From positions 68,023 to 132,022 of the forward strand of contig JBBTCT010000007.1 of NCBI GenBank assembly GCA_038060895.1: DNA of 64,000 nt, given 5' to 3'. Each line of letters begins with the position of its first letter. The first letter of the stretch is position 1. Positions 48,107 to 57,820 of this stretch are shown here, in pieces. A model generated the notes under the pieces. The model searched no databases, had not been told where the DNA came from, and worked only from the letters and a program-made list of their open reading frames with translations. Origin of the DNA: Planctomycetota bacterium. Its GTDB lineage: Bacteria; Planctomycetota; MHYJ01; WSZJ01. The position numbers and the translations under genes were made by a program.

Positions 48107-48745
48107 ATGTCCTCACACCCGGTCCGCGACGATCAGCTTCCAAAAGGTGCAGGCACCGCCGGCGCGGTCCCGGTCACGCCGTCCGCCAGCGTCATCGTGC
48201 TTCGCGGCGAGCCGATCGAAGTCCTGCTCATGCGCCGCTCGCGAGGATCGAGTTTTGTTCCGGACAACTGGGTCTTCCCCGGCGGAATCGTGGAAACGGC
48301 GGACCGGGGCGCCGACGACCTGGCGACGGCGAAGACGTGCGCGGCCCGGGAGTTGCACGAAGAAGCGGGCGTCCGGGTTCTGCCGGAGGAGCTGGTCTTG
48401 ACCGCGCGCTGGATCACGCCGGAAGGGGTGCCGAAGCGGTTCGATACCTGGTTCTTTCTCGCAACGATGCCCGGCGGCCAGGAGCCCCGTCCCGACGCGG
48501 TCGAAGGAATTGAACTGCGCTGGCTCGCGCCGGCGGCCGCGCTGGACGCCAATCTCCGTGGCGAACTGGCGATGGTGTTCCCGACGATGAAGAACCTGGA
48601 AGCGCTTCTCCCCTGGAAATCGATCCCCGGGCTCCTCGTGGAGCGCCGCGGCGCTTCGATTGCAACGACACGCCCTGTGATCGTGGTCGAGAACGGGCAG
48701 AAGAAAGTCGTGCTGCCGAACGAGTGCGCAGAAGGTAGTAAGTAG
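48107..48745 (+). CDS. NUDIX hydrolase
   Basis: VFPGG..E..D...AARELHEEAG, WITP..PKRFDTWFF. Confidence 0.9.
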   Translation: MSSHPVRDDQLPKGAGTAGAVPVTPSASVIVLRGEPIEVLLMRRSRGSSFVPDNWVFPGGIVETADRGADDLATAKTCAARELHEEAGVRVLPEELVLTARWITPEGVPKRFDTWFFLATMPGGQEPRPDAVEGIELRWLAPAAALDANLRGELAMVFPTMKNLEALLPWKSIPGLLVERRGASIATTRPVIVVENGQKKVVLPNECAEGSK

Positions 48746-48795
48746 GGAAAGCCTTTCCATCGCGAGCTGTTCCTACCCACTACCCCCTGCCCCCC

Positions 48796-49734
48796 TCACC
48801 CCTTCCGCCCGACCATCGTCAGGTTGTTCCCGAGATTCGTGAGGTCGAGAGCCGCGTTGACCAGGGGAACGGCGACGCGCGACGCGAGCCACTGGATCGG
48901 GCCGTTGGTCCCGGTGCCCTCTGTGCCGGCGTTCGTCTGCTGCTGGAAGCGGTCGAGGGGCGTGCGTTCGTCGCGGCCGCGGCCGAGAAGGGACGAGAAG
49001 AAGCCGGTGCCGACGCCTGTGGTGCGGGTGCGCAGCACCTTCAGCCCGTGGGAGCGGAACAGCCTGGCGAGGGAATGGCGCGAGAAAAAGTGCAGGTGAT
49101 TGGGAGGCTCGAGGTCCCACCAGCGCTCCCCGGTGACAAGCCAGGGCAGGCCGCGCGAGTGCGGGATCGAAAGGACCGCCAGGATTCCGCCCGGTTTGAG
49201 CAGCCGGACCAGGCGCCCCGTGATCCCGACCGGATCCTCGAGGTGTTCGAAGCAGACGATCGAGACGATGGCGTCGAAACTCTCCTGGGGGTACCCCGCG
49301 GTTTCGAGGGGGCCTACATGAAGCGGGAGGCGCCAGTGCGTGGCGGCGTCGGCGACCCAGCCTGCGAGGTCGAGCCCGACGGCGTCGTACCCGGCCGCAA
49401 GCGCTTCCATGACGAAAAGCCCCGACCCGCAGCCGAAGTCGAGGATTCGCGCGCCTGGAGGGAGCCACTTCTGGAGGAACGCGAGGTTCTTGCGCATGAG
49501 AGCGCGGTGGATGAATTCCTCGTGCTTGAACCTGTCCAGGAGCGACGGTTCGTTCAGGTAGTCCGCCGCGCCTCCGCCGTCCGCCCAGAGATGGTCGCAC
49601 CGGCGGCAACGACGGACGTCGAACCCCTTGTGAACAAGGAGGGAGCGCGTGTCATCCGAGTGGCAGATCGGACAGCCCACGCCGGTAATCTGCAAAAGAG
49701 CGGGGCCTGACGTCAACGGTGAAACGCGGGTCAA
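48796..49734 (-). CDS. class I SAM methyltransferase with N-terminal Zn ribbon
   Basis: CPIC..CRRC, ILDFGCGSG, FEHLEDP, LKPGG, PPNHLHFFS. Confidence 0.88.
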   Translation of the reverse strand: MTRVSPLTSGPALLQITGVGCPICHSDDTRSLLVHKGFDVRRCRRCDHLWADGGGAADYLNEPSLLDRFKHEEFIHRALMRKNLAFLQKWLPPGARILDFGCGSGLFVMEALAAGYDAVGLDLAGWVADAATHWRLPLHVGPLETAGYPQESFDAIVSIVCFEHLEDPVGITGRLVRLLKPGGILAVLSIPHSRGLPWLVTGERWWDLEPPNHLHFFSRHSLARLFRSHGLKVLRTRTTGVGTGFFSSLLGRGRDERTPLDRFQQQTNAGTEGTGTNGPIQWLASRVAVPLVNAALDLTNLGNNLTMVGRKG

Positions 49735-49773
49735 AAGCTGCCTCCCCGCCCGGGGCCGTCATACAATCCCGCC

Positions 49774-50193
49774 ATGAGCTTTCTCTTCCCCGTCAACCCC
49801 GCCACTCTCGGGAAGCCGTCGGGTTACAACAACGGGATGATGGCGCCGGCCGGGGCCAGCGCGCTTGAAATCGCGGGGCAGGTCGCGTGGGACAATGCGC
49901 ACCGGATCGTAACGAAGGACTTCGTCGGCCAGTGGGACCAGACGCTCCGGAATTTTCTCGACGTCGTGAAGCACGCGGGCGGCGGGCCGGAGCACGTGGC
50001 CGAGATGACGATCTTCATCATCGACAAGCAGTCCTACCTCGACAACACGAAGAAACTCGGCGAGGTCTGGCGCGCCCTCATGGGGAAAAATTACCCCGCC
50101 ATGGCCTGCGTTGTTGTCGCAGGGCTCGTCGAGGAAGGCGCGCAGGTCGAAATCAAAGGGACGGCGTACCTCCCCGGGAAAGGACGCTCGTGA
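49774..50193 (+). CDS. RidA/YjgF family protein
   Basis: PSGYNNG, IAGQVAW, YPAMA, VEIKGTA. Confidence 0.9.
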   Translation: MSFLFPVNPATLGKPSGYNNGMMAPAGASALEIAGQVAWDNAHRIVTKDFVGQWDQTLRNFLDVVKHAGGGPEHVAEMTIFIIDKQSYLDNTKKLGEVWRALMGKNYPAMACVVVAGLVEEGAQVEIKGTAYLPGKGRS

Positions 50194-50978
50194 AACCAAA
50201 GTCCTTCAAGTGGTCGGTCGCCGAAGGCGTCGGGCGGATCTTGCTCGACCGGCCCGCGACGCTGAATTCGCTGACTTTCGAAGTGTACGGCGAGCTGCGC
50301 GACCTCTTCCGGCACGTCGCGACGCAGCGGGAAGTGCGCGTCGTGACGATCACGGGAAGCGGCAAGGGCTTCTGCAGCGGCGGGGACCGCGAGGAGATCA
50401 TCGCGCAGCTCTTCGGGAAGACGTCGGAAGAGGTCTACAAATTCGCTCGGATGACCTGCGACCTCGTCGAGGCGATGCGCGGATGCCCGAAGCCGGTGAT
50501 AGCGTCGATCAACGGCGCCTGCGTCGGTGCAGGGGCGATCATCGCTATGGCGAGCGATTTCCGGTACGCGGTCCCGGAGGCGAAGTTCGGGTTCGTGTTC
50601 ACGAAGGTCGGGATCAGCGGCGCGGACATGGGGGCGACGTTCCTGCTGCCGCGGATCGTCGGCTGGACGAAGGCGACGGAACTGCTGATGACGGGCGACG
50701 TGTTTCCGGCCGAGGAAGCACTTCGCATCGGCTTCCTCAACGCGATCGTCCCCGCCGCCGATCTCGAAAAGAAGACATCGGAGGTCGCGGCGAAGCTCGC
50801 TGCCGGACCTGCGTTCGGCCTGGCCACGACAAAGACCCTCCTCAACAACCAGCTGGGCGCTTCCCTCGCCGACGCCCTCGAGGCCGAGGCGCAGGCCCAG
50901 GCCCTCTGCATGCTGCACCCCGATTTCAAGACCGCGTACGAGGCGGCCCGGGCGAAGAAGGAGCCGCGCTTCCAATGA
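50190..50978 (+). CDS. enoyl-CoA hydratase family protein
   Basis: GTG start overlapping the RidA stop; LNSLTFEVY, FCSGGD, GAGA, GADMGA. Confidence 0.93.
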   Translation: MKPKSFKWSVAEGVGRILLDRPATLNSLTFEVYGELRDLFRHVATQREVRVVTITGSGKGFCSGGDREEIIAQLFGKTSEEVYKFARMTCDLVEAMRGCPKPVIASINGACVGAGAIIAMASDFRYAVPEAKFGFVFTKVGISGADMGATFLLPRIVGWTKATELLMTGDVFPAEEALRIGFLNAIVPAADLEKKTSEVAAKLAAGPAFGLATTKTLLNNQLGASLADALEAEAQAQALCMLHPDFKTAYEAARAKKEPRFQ

Positions 50979-52180
50979 GCGGCGACCGCAAGAGCCAGCC
51001 CTACCGCACGCAGTCCTTCAAGCCGCCGCCGGACCCGATCCCGACCTACGCTCCCGCGGGCGGCCCCTGGGACGCTCTTCCGTTCTTCGATTCCGGGCAC
51101 CGGCAGCTGGCGGACGGGATCGAAGAGTTCGTGAAGCGGGAGATTGCGCCGTTGTCGCCGATGGACGAGGCGGCGACGGAGGACAACGCGCGGGAGTACG
51201 TGCTGCGGCTGGCGAACGGGCGATGGCTGCAGCATGCGGTGCGCGGCGAGATCCGGGCGTGCGCGCTGATCCGTTACCACCTGGCGCGGGCATCGGCGCT
51301 GGCGGACGCGATGTTTGCGATGCAGGGTCTGGGGGCGATCCCGATCCTGGTCGGGGGAAGCGAGGAGCAGAAGAAAACGTGGCTGCCGCGGATTGCGGAA
51401 GGGTCGATTGCGGCGTTCGCGCTGACGGAGGAAGGTGCCGGAAGCGACCCGGCGGGGATGCAGCTCAAGGCGGCGCGGGTGGACGACTTTTACCGGCTGG
51501 ACGGCGAGAAGACGTTCATTTCGAACGCGGGGATCGCGGACGTCACGGTCGTTTTCGCGCGCACGGCGCCCGGCGACAAGGACGCGTTCAGCGCGTTCAT
51601 CGTGAAGGGTGGGACGAAGCGGATGAAGTCGAAGCCGATCGAGGTGATCTCGCCGCACCCGATCGGGAGGCTGATCTTCGACAGCGTGGACGTGAAGGAA
51701 GCGGACCGGCTGGGGGCCGAGGGGGACGGCCTGCGGATCGCGTTTGCGACGCTCGATCGCTTTCGCCCGACGGTGGGGGCGGCAGCGTGCGGGATGGCGC
51801 GAAGGGCGCTTGAAGAATCGGTCGCGCGAGCGAAGGCGCGCCAGCAGTTCGGCAAGGCGCTTGCGGCGTTCCAGGGGATCCAGTTCATGCTCGCCGACAT
51901 GGCAACCGATCTCTCGGCCGCGGAACTTCTCGTCGCGCGCGCCGCCTGGGAAGCGGACCGCGGCGCGCCCGGCCTCAAGCTTGCGGCGGCGATGTCAAAA
52001 CTCTTCGCCGCCGACCACGCCCACGGCGTCATCGACCGCGCCGTGCAGATCCACGGGGGGCTCGGGGTGACGAAGGGCAGCGTCGTCGAGCGGCTGTACC
52101 GCGACGTTCGAGCGCTTCGAATCTACGAGGGAACCAGCGAGATTCAGCGCCTCGTCATTGCGCGCGAACTCACGCGGTAG
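50975..52180 (+). CDS. acyl-CoA dehydrogenase
   Basis: FAMQGLG, AFALTE..AGSD, GEKTFISN, RQQFG, AVQIHGG, IYEGTSEIQ. Confidence 0.94.
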   Translation: MSGDRKSQPYRTQSFKPPPDPIPTYAPAGGPWDALPFFDSGHRQLADGIEEFVKREIAPLSPMDEAATEDNAREYVLRLANGRWLQHAVRGEIRACALIRYHLARASALADAMFAMQGLGAIPILVGGSEEQKKTWLPRIAEGSIAAFALTEEGAGSDPAGMQLKAARVDDFYRLDGEKTFISNAGIADVTVVFARTAPGDKDAFSAFIVKGGTKRMKSKPIEVISPHPIGRLIFDSVDVKEADRLGAEGDGLRIAFATLDRFRPTVGAAACGMARRALEESVARAKARQQFGKALAAFQGIQFMLADMATDLSAAELLVARAAWEADRGAPGLKLAAAMSKLFAADHAHGVIDRAVQIHGGLGVTKGSVVERLYRDVRALRIYEGTSEIQRLVIARELTR

Positions 52181-52199
52181 GCCGCCCGCAACAGCCTCA

Positions 52200-52811
52200 T
52201 CAGGCGCCGCGCAGTGCGATCAGCTCGAACCTGGATTCGGTGTGCTTCGGATCCAGCTTCAGGGCGTTCTCAAAGTCGCGAATGGCGCCTTCAAGGTCGC
52301 CGAGATGGCACAGGGCAATGCCGCGGTTGTGCCGTGCGCTGACATAGGCCGCGTCCGTCGCGATGGCCCGGCTGAAGTCCCGGATCGCGCCCGCGTAGTC
52401 CGCTTCCTTGAAGCGGATCAGCCCGCGGTTGTTCCAGGCCAGGGCCAGCCTGGAGTCGGCGGTCAGGGCGGCCTCGTAGTCCCTGGCGGCGCCCTCGAGG
52501 TCACCCAGTTCCTCCCGGGCCACGCCGCGATTGTTCATCGCGAGGGCGAAATCTGGGTCCAACCGGATCGCTTCGGTGAAGTCCGTGATGCACCCGGGGA
52601 GGTCCCCGCGCCGGAGACGGTCGATGCCGGCGTTATAGAAGGCGCCGGCGAGGCCTGCGGTGATGACCGCGGTATCGTTCATGTCGGGAAGGGGCTCTCC
52701 GGGAACACGGAGCGCGGGGGCCGGGTGAATGGCGCGGGAAGGCGCATGTGGCTCGGCCTGGGTGCCGGGGACGAGTCCTGAGATGTCGTAGTGGTTCATA
52801 GCAGGTTCCAT
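52200..52811 (-). CDS. TPR repeat protein
   Basis: Repeated A.NNRG..GD..GA..D..A segments. Confidence 0.85.
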   Translation of the reverse strand: MEPAMNHYDISGLVPGTQAEPHAPSRAIHPAPALRVPGEPLPDMNDTAVITAGLAGAFYNAGIDRLRRGDLPGCITDFTEAIRLDPDFALAMNNRGVAREELGDLEGAARDYEAALTADSRLALAWNNRGLIRFKEADYAGAIRDFSRAIATDAAYVSARHNRGIALCHLGDLEGAIRDFENALKLDPKHTESRFELIALRGA

Positions 52812-53096
52812 GCCTCAACGGGGCCTCGGAAATAGCGCTCGTTTCAAACGATACGACCGCAATCCTCATGCCGTCGGCGCCCGGGGGCCTCTCGGGGCGA
52901 TTTGGAGGCCGGGCCGCGTGTCGCGCCGGTGGCTTGCGCGAAATACCCCCGGCAGGCACGGGATTTCCCGATAATCCAGAATTCACGCGGCGGGGACATT
53001 TGCGCCGCAACGGTGGAAATCGCGGACGGCGACCGCCGGGGGTAATGTCACTCCCCGGTTGTCCGGCTTCTGCGCCTCTGGCAGACTTGCCGGCTC

Positions 53097-53771
53097 ATGG
53101 ACCCCATGTCACACCCCGCGATCATGATCGGGACCGGCGCCGTTCTCGGACTGGCGCACGCGTTCGACCCGGATCACATCGCCGCAATGACGGCGTTCGT
53201 GGGAAGCGCGCCCTCGGTGCGAAACGCGATTGGATACGCGGGACGGTGGGCGGCAGGGCACGGGCTGATGGTGCTCGCGGTCGGCGTGATCGCGATGAAC
53301 CTCAAGATCGGCGAAGGGTTCATGGGACCGTGGGGAGAGCGCATCGTCGGCGCGACGCTGATCCTGATTGCGCTCTGGTCCTTCCGCCGCGCCTTCAGGC
53401 TGCACATGCACGTCCACGAGCACGCCGACGGAACCATGCACGCCCACGCCCACTCGCACGCCGGCGGACCGGCCCACGTCCACCGCCATGCGCCGACCTT
53501 CATGGGCCTGCTTCACGGCCTCGCCGGATCGGGCGCCGTCGTAGTGGCCATCCCCACGGCCTTCGCGGGCTCAGAAGCGATGGCCTTCTTGTTCCTTGCC
53601 GCCTTCGGCGTTGGCGTGACGGTCTCGATGCTCTGCTACGCGATCAGTGTCGCGGCAATGGTCCGGCGGAGAAGCGCGCCGAGCCTGGGATTCCAGAAGA
53701 CGATCAGCATCGTCGCCGGCTCGTTCAACCTGGTTGTGGGCATCCTGTGGATTGCCGGCGTGACCGGGTAA
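53097..53771 (+). CDS. Ni/Co permease-like membrane protein (UreH/NiCoT-like)
   Basis: GLAHAFDPDH, His-rich loop HMHVHEH..HAHAHSH, GLLHGLAGSG. Confidence 0.85.
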   Translation: MDPMSHPAIMIGTGAVLGLAHAFDPDHIAAMTAFVGSAPSVRNAIGYAGRWAAGHGLMVLAVGVIAMNLKIGEGFMGPWGERIVGATLILIALWSFRRAFRLHMHVHEHADGTMHAHAHSHAGGPAHVHRHAPTFMGLLHGLAGSGAVVVAIPTAFAGSEAMAFLFLAAFGVGVTVSMLCYAISVAAMVRRRSAPSLGFQKTISIVAGSFNLVVGILWIAGVTG

Positions 53772-53811
53772 ATTGTCCGGCGTTCTTATGTCGTCGCGTA
53801 GCATGCCCGTC

Positions 53812-55239
53812 ATGGCCTCCTACCCGTCGCTGTTTGCGCCCTTCCCCATCAACGGCGTCACGCTCCCGAACCGGATCGTGCTCCCCGCGATGGTGACGCG
53901 CCTTTCCGGCGAGGACGGGGTCATCAACGCCGACATCATGGACCGGTACGTGAGGTTCGCGAAGGGCGAGCCCGGGCTGATCGTGGTGGAAGCAATGGCG
54001 GTGCACACGGCGAAGAGCGGGCCGCTTCTGCGCATCGGCACGGACGAGTTCAAGCCGGGGCTGACGGAGCTGGCGAAGCGCGTTCACGGCGCCGGGCCCG
54101 CGAAGGTTGTTCCGCAAATCATCCACTTCCTCAAGATTGCCCGCAGCGGCTGGCGGCAGCTCGTCAGCGACCTGACGAAGGACGACATCCGGGAGATTGT
54201 GGTCGCGTACGGCGCGGCGGCGCGACGGGCGCGCGAATGCGGTTACGACGGCGTCGAGCTGCACATGGCGCACGCGTACACGCTCTCGAGCTTCCTCTCG
54301 GCGAAGAATCTGCGGCGCGACGAGTACGGCGGATCGCTTGCGAACCGGATGCGGCTCGCGGGAGAGGTGATCCAGGAAGTCCGTCGCACGGTCGGTCGCG
54401 ACTTTCTTCTCGGCGTGCGCTTCGACGGCGAAGAGTGCATCAAGGGCGGGTACAGCGTGCCGGATTCGCAGGCGATCGCGCTTCGGTTGGCGCAGCTCAC
54501 GGTTGATTACGTGTCGATCAGCGCGGGCGGGAAGTTCGAGGATGCGATCCACAAGCCGGGGGCGCCGCTGTATCCGTACACGGGGTACTCGGGCGACCGG
54601 TGCATGCCGGGCGCGGACTACCCCGACGGCCTGAACGTGTACATCGCCGCGGGAATCCGCGAGTGGCTGCGGCAGCACGGATTCCAGACTCCGGTGGTCG
54701 CTACCGGAAAGATTTCGAGCCCCGCGTTTGCGGAGCGGATCCTGAAGGAAGGCAAGGCCGACCTCATCGGCATGGCGCGCCCGCTTCTCGCCGACCCCGA
54801 CTGGCCGAAAAAGGTGCGCGAAGGGCGCGAGAGCACTGTGATCCGTTGCGTCTACGGCAACATCTGCAAGAACCTCGACGAGAACTTCAAGAAGGTGGTC
54901 TGCGTCCTCTGGCCGCAGGGCAGCCTGCAGGCGCCGGAGAGCTCCGACCGACAGCCGCCGACCTGGCCGGCGGACGCGACCCTGACCGCGCAGTACAAGG
55001 ACGGGCGCGTCTTCCTGAAGTGGCCCGCGGCGACGGACAACCAGGCGGTGCAGGGGTACTCGATCTACAGGCGGGCGAAGGACGAGCCTGAGCGACACAT
55101 CGGGTCGAACAAGGCGCACGGGTTCACGGATCCTGACGTCTCGCCCGGAACGACCTACCACTACCGCGTGCAGCCTTACGACCTCGGCGGAAACCGGGGC
55201 GAATTCACGGGCGAGGCGGCGGTTGAAGTTCCCGGGTAG
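53812..55239 (+). CDS. NADH:flavin oxidoreductase (OYE family) with C-terminal fibronectin-III-like domain
   Basis: LPNRIVLPAMVT, GYDGVELHMAHAY, RRDEYGGSLANR, ARPLLADPDW; tail D..PPT.P..L..W....DN..V.GY.IYR..YHYRV..YD..GN. Confidence 0.9.
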   Translation: MASYPSLFAPFPINGVTLPNRIVLPAMVTRLSGEDGVINADIMDRYVRFAKGEPGLIVVEAMAVHTAKSGPLLRIGTDEFKPGLTELAKRVHGAGPAKVVPQIIHFLKIARSGWRQLVSDLTKDDIREIVVAYGAAARRARECGYDGVELHMAHAYTLSSFLSAKNLRRDEYGGSLANRMRLAGEVIQEVRRTVGRDFLLGVRFDGEECIKGGYSVPDSQAIALRLAQLTVDYVSISAGGKFEDAIHKPGAPLYPYTGYSGDRCMPGADYPDGLNVYIAAGIREWLRQHGFQTPVVATGKISSPAFAERILKEGKADLIGMARPLLADPDWPKKVREGRESTVIRCVYGNICKNLDENFKKVVCVLWPQGSLQAPESSDRQPPTWPADATLTAQYKDGRVFLKWPAATDNQAVQGYSIYRRAKDEPERHIGSNKAHGFTDPDVSPGTTYHYRVQPYDLGGNRGEFTGEAAVEVPG

Positions 55240-55250
55240 CGGCGGACCGC

Positions 55251-56528
55251 TTACTTCAACCGGTCGAGCATGCTGCCTGCCCGGTCGCGCACGACGTTGG
55301 TCGAACCTTCGCGCTCCGCTGCGTACAGGGCATCCCGGAATTCGGCAACCGCCTGGGCGGCGACCACAATCTCAATCGCCTTGTGAGCCACCGCGGGACT
55401 GTCGAGCATCGCCTGCGACAGCCAGGCGCGGTCGGAAGCGCTGAAGGGACGCGTCAACAGCCTCCCTTCGAGCATTCTCAGAAAGGCCCTCGTCAGCGAT
55501 CTTTCAACAGCTGAGCGCAGGCCGGTCTTCTCGGCGGCCCGCAGATCGGTTTTTTCAGCCTCCATACGGACGCGCCGCGCAATCGCCCACCGTCGACACT
55601 CCGCTGAACCGGTTTCGATTTTGTGATCGAGAAATGCTCCCTCCTTTTCCCCGGGGTGCCATTCGACGCCTCTATAAATGGCGTCCGCGACGCCCCGCTG
55701 GCCTTCGGTCGAAAGAAGAGCCTCGAGCATTGGGAGTTTCTTTTCCGAGCCGATGTGAAGAAGGGCATCGACCGCCTGGATCCGGCGATCCTCCGTTTCT
55801 GACGGGTCGTTCACAACGGCGGTGGCCATCGCGAGAAAGTCAGCTGCGGTCAGGTCTGCGCGACAAAGCCGGAAGATCGCGGAGGAGCGAACACGCAGCA
55901 GAGCCGAACGGATCTGATCCCACTCCGCCGTGCGGGTCGGCGATTCGTATTCCGCGGCGATCCAGATTTCAATCGGTTCCTGCCAAATCATGCGTATTCC
56001 TCCCCAACAACGGTAGTCGACGAGCGGATCGCGGTCGGAAGTGGAATGCGTCCACATTCCGCAGTCTTCGAATAGCCCGACCCAGGCCGAAGCTCGCCGC
56101 CTGCGGCTCGTGGGCTCCGGAAGCAGGTTGAGGTCAAGAAACTCGGGAGGGGTCGTCATCGCAAGGGCCGCTGCCGTGACCACGTCCGGATCCGGATCAC
56201 TCAAAAACGGGCTCAATTGCCCGCGACTGGCTCCCATGGATCTCGCGAGAAACAGCAGCCCGGCGGCCACTGAACGGTTCGCTTCAGTGCGCGCCCGGAG
56301 AAGGACCTGCTCCGGGTGCGACATGCCCTCTTCCTGAAATTTTGAAACCTCTTCAAGCCAGGAGTACAGCGACAACTCTCGAACGCGCGGAGCCGCGATG
56401 AACTCCCCAAGGGCGCGGTGGCCGTCCAGTTCCCGCGCGGCGGCGATGTCGCTGCGACGCGGCACGGGCCGGAGGGCTCCCGACACCAGAAGTCCACCGA
56501 TCCCGATCAGGAGGAGAAGGCGCACCAT
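55251..56528 (-). CDS. hypothetical secreted/membrane protein, HEAT-like
   Basis: N-terminal hydrophobic segment; FLSDPDPDVVTAAALA; atypical codon usage. Confidence 0.55.
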   Translation of the reverse strand: MVRLLLLIGIGGLLVSGALRPVPRRSDIAAARELDGHRALGEFIAAPRVRELSLYSWLEEVSKFQEEGMSHPEQVLLRARTEANRSVAAGLLFLARSMGASRGQLSPFLSDPDPDVVTAAALAMTTPPEFLDLNLLPEPTSRRRRASAWVGLFEDCGMWTHSTSDRDPLVDYRCWGGIRMIWQEPIEIWIAAEYESPTRTAEWDQIRSALLRVRSSAIFRLCRADLTAADFLAMATAVVNDPSETEDRRIQAVDALLHIGSEKKLPMLEALLSTEGQRGVADAIYRGVEWHPGEKEGAFLDHKIETGSAECRRWAIARRVRMEAEKTDLRAAEKTGLRSAVERSLTRAFLRMLEGRLLTRPFSASDRAWLSQAMLDSPAVAHKAIEIVVAAQAVAEFRDALYAAEREGSTNVVRDRAGSMLDRLK

Positions 56529-56578
56529 GCGAGGATTGTATCGCGCTGAGACGACCCAATTGCGCTGCGACTGCGACG

Positions 56579-57157
56579 CTACTTCTTTGCCGCCTCTTCC
56601 ATTTCCGCCATCCTCCCGCGCAGCTTCACGGCAACTTCCCAGCGTTTCGCTCTCGGGTTGTGCAGCGTCACGAGGGTGCGGATCTTGAGGCGCCCGACGC
56701 GCTTGCGGACGCCCTCGAGCAGATCCTCGCTGTCGGGGATCTGCATGGTGATGCGCGGGCCCTGCTCGGCGAGGCCCATCATGGCGGCGAAGGCGCGGAA
56801 GACGTCGGACTCGGTGAGCATGCCGACGACGGTGTCGTTTTTCACGACGGGAAGACCGGAGATCTTCTGCTTGAGCATGAGCAGCGCGGCGCTTTCGAAC
56901 GTGTCGTCGGGCGACACGGTGTAGGGCCCGGGCGTCATCACGTCCTCGATGATTTTCTTCGACGTCGAACGGTCTCCCTTGTGCCGGCCGAGTTCACTCT
57001 CCAGATCGCTCTTCGTGATGATCCCGACGAGCGTCCCGCTCTCGACGACAGGCAGGCGGCGGATGTGGTGCTTCTGCATGAATTCGAGCGCGACCGGGGC
57101 CGGCATGCGGGCCTGAATCGTGACGGCGGGGGAAGACATCCATTCGCGGACGAACAT
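56579..57157 (-). CDS. CBS-domain pair protein (AcuB-like)
   Basis: GAGGAG RBS; MFVREWMS, IRRLPVV..LVGIIT..D, ISGLPVV..VGMLTESD. Confidence 0.92.
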   Translation of the reverse strand: MFVREWMSSPAVTIQARMPAPVALEFMQKHHIRRLPVVESGTLVGIITKSDLESELGRHKGDRSTSKKIIEDVMTPGPYTVSPDDTFESAALLMLKQKISGLPVVKNDTVVGMLTESDVFRAFAAMMGLAEQGPRITMQIPDSEDLLEGVRKRVGRLKIRTLVTLHNPRAKRWEVAVKLRGRMAEMEEAAKK

Positions 57158-57206
57158 GGGAACTCCTCGGGGTGGGTGGAAGAGAGGGCATTGAAGGCAA
57201 AGGCGG

Positions 57207-57243
57207 CGAAACGAAAAACAAAAAACGAAAAGCGAAAACAAAA
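57207..57243. repeat. A-rich short tandem repeat
   Basis: About 5 degenerate C(G/A)AAA(A) units in the divergent promoter region. Confidence 0.55.
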
Positions 57244-57367
57244 CTCGGGCGTTTCCGGACCGTAGCAATGCTGCGGGAAGTAACGGTTCTCGTACAGCCT
57301 CTCACTCGCAGAGAGTGCGGCCCGGAACTTGCGCCATCGGGGAGCAGGCATTAACTCCGCCTTAACC

Positions 57368-57820
57368 ATGAGACGCCTCCTGACTCTTCGCTCCCCCGCT
57401 CTTTCGCGAGCCGTCGCCGCGACTTTTGTGGCGATGTACGCGCTGTTCGCGTCAGGGGCGGCGTTCGGGGCGCTGGACCTGGCTTGCCTGGAACTGGCAG
57501 CACCCCCGTGCAGCCCGGCTCCGGAGGCAGGAAAGAGCGGCTGCGGCTGCGGCCACGCAACCGACGACGGAGCAGGATGCTGCTGCTGTTCCAGGAAGGA
57601 AGCGTCCGCTCCGGAGACCGGCTTTTCATTCACGGCCGCGGCGCAGTGCTCCAATCCCGATTCCGGTTCGGCCGGCAGCATGACGCGCGTGTCGCCTCAC
57701 GTCGCCGCTGAAGCGGCCGAGGCTCCTTCCGTTCAACTCGCCCCGGCCTTCACGCCGCGGGTCCTTTCGCTTCAGTCCCATAAGTCCGCTCCGCCCGACA
57801 AGGTTCCGCTGGCGCACTGA
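57368..57820 (+). CDS. small exported Cys-rich leader protein (PPDKVP type)
   Basis: Hydrophobic N-terminus, CGCGH..CCCC cluster, Ala/Pro linker, ends SAPPDKVPLAH. Confidence 0.7.
   Translation: MRRLLTLRSPALSRAVAATFVAMYALFASGAAFGALDLACLELAAPPCSPAPEAGKSGCGCGHATDDGAGCCCCSRKEASAPETGFSFTAAAQCSNPDSGSAGSMTRVSPHVAAEAAEAPSVQLAPAFTPRVLSLQSHKSAPPDKVPLAH

Noticed and set aside
57207-57243. A-rich repeats as a CRISPR array or terminator
   Set aside because: Units are too short, with no spacers and no stem; retained only as a simple repeat.
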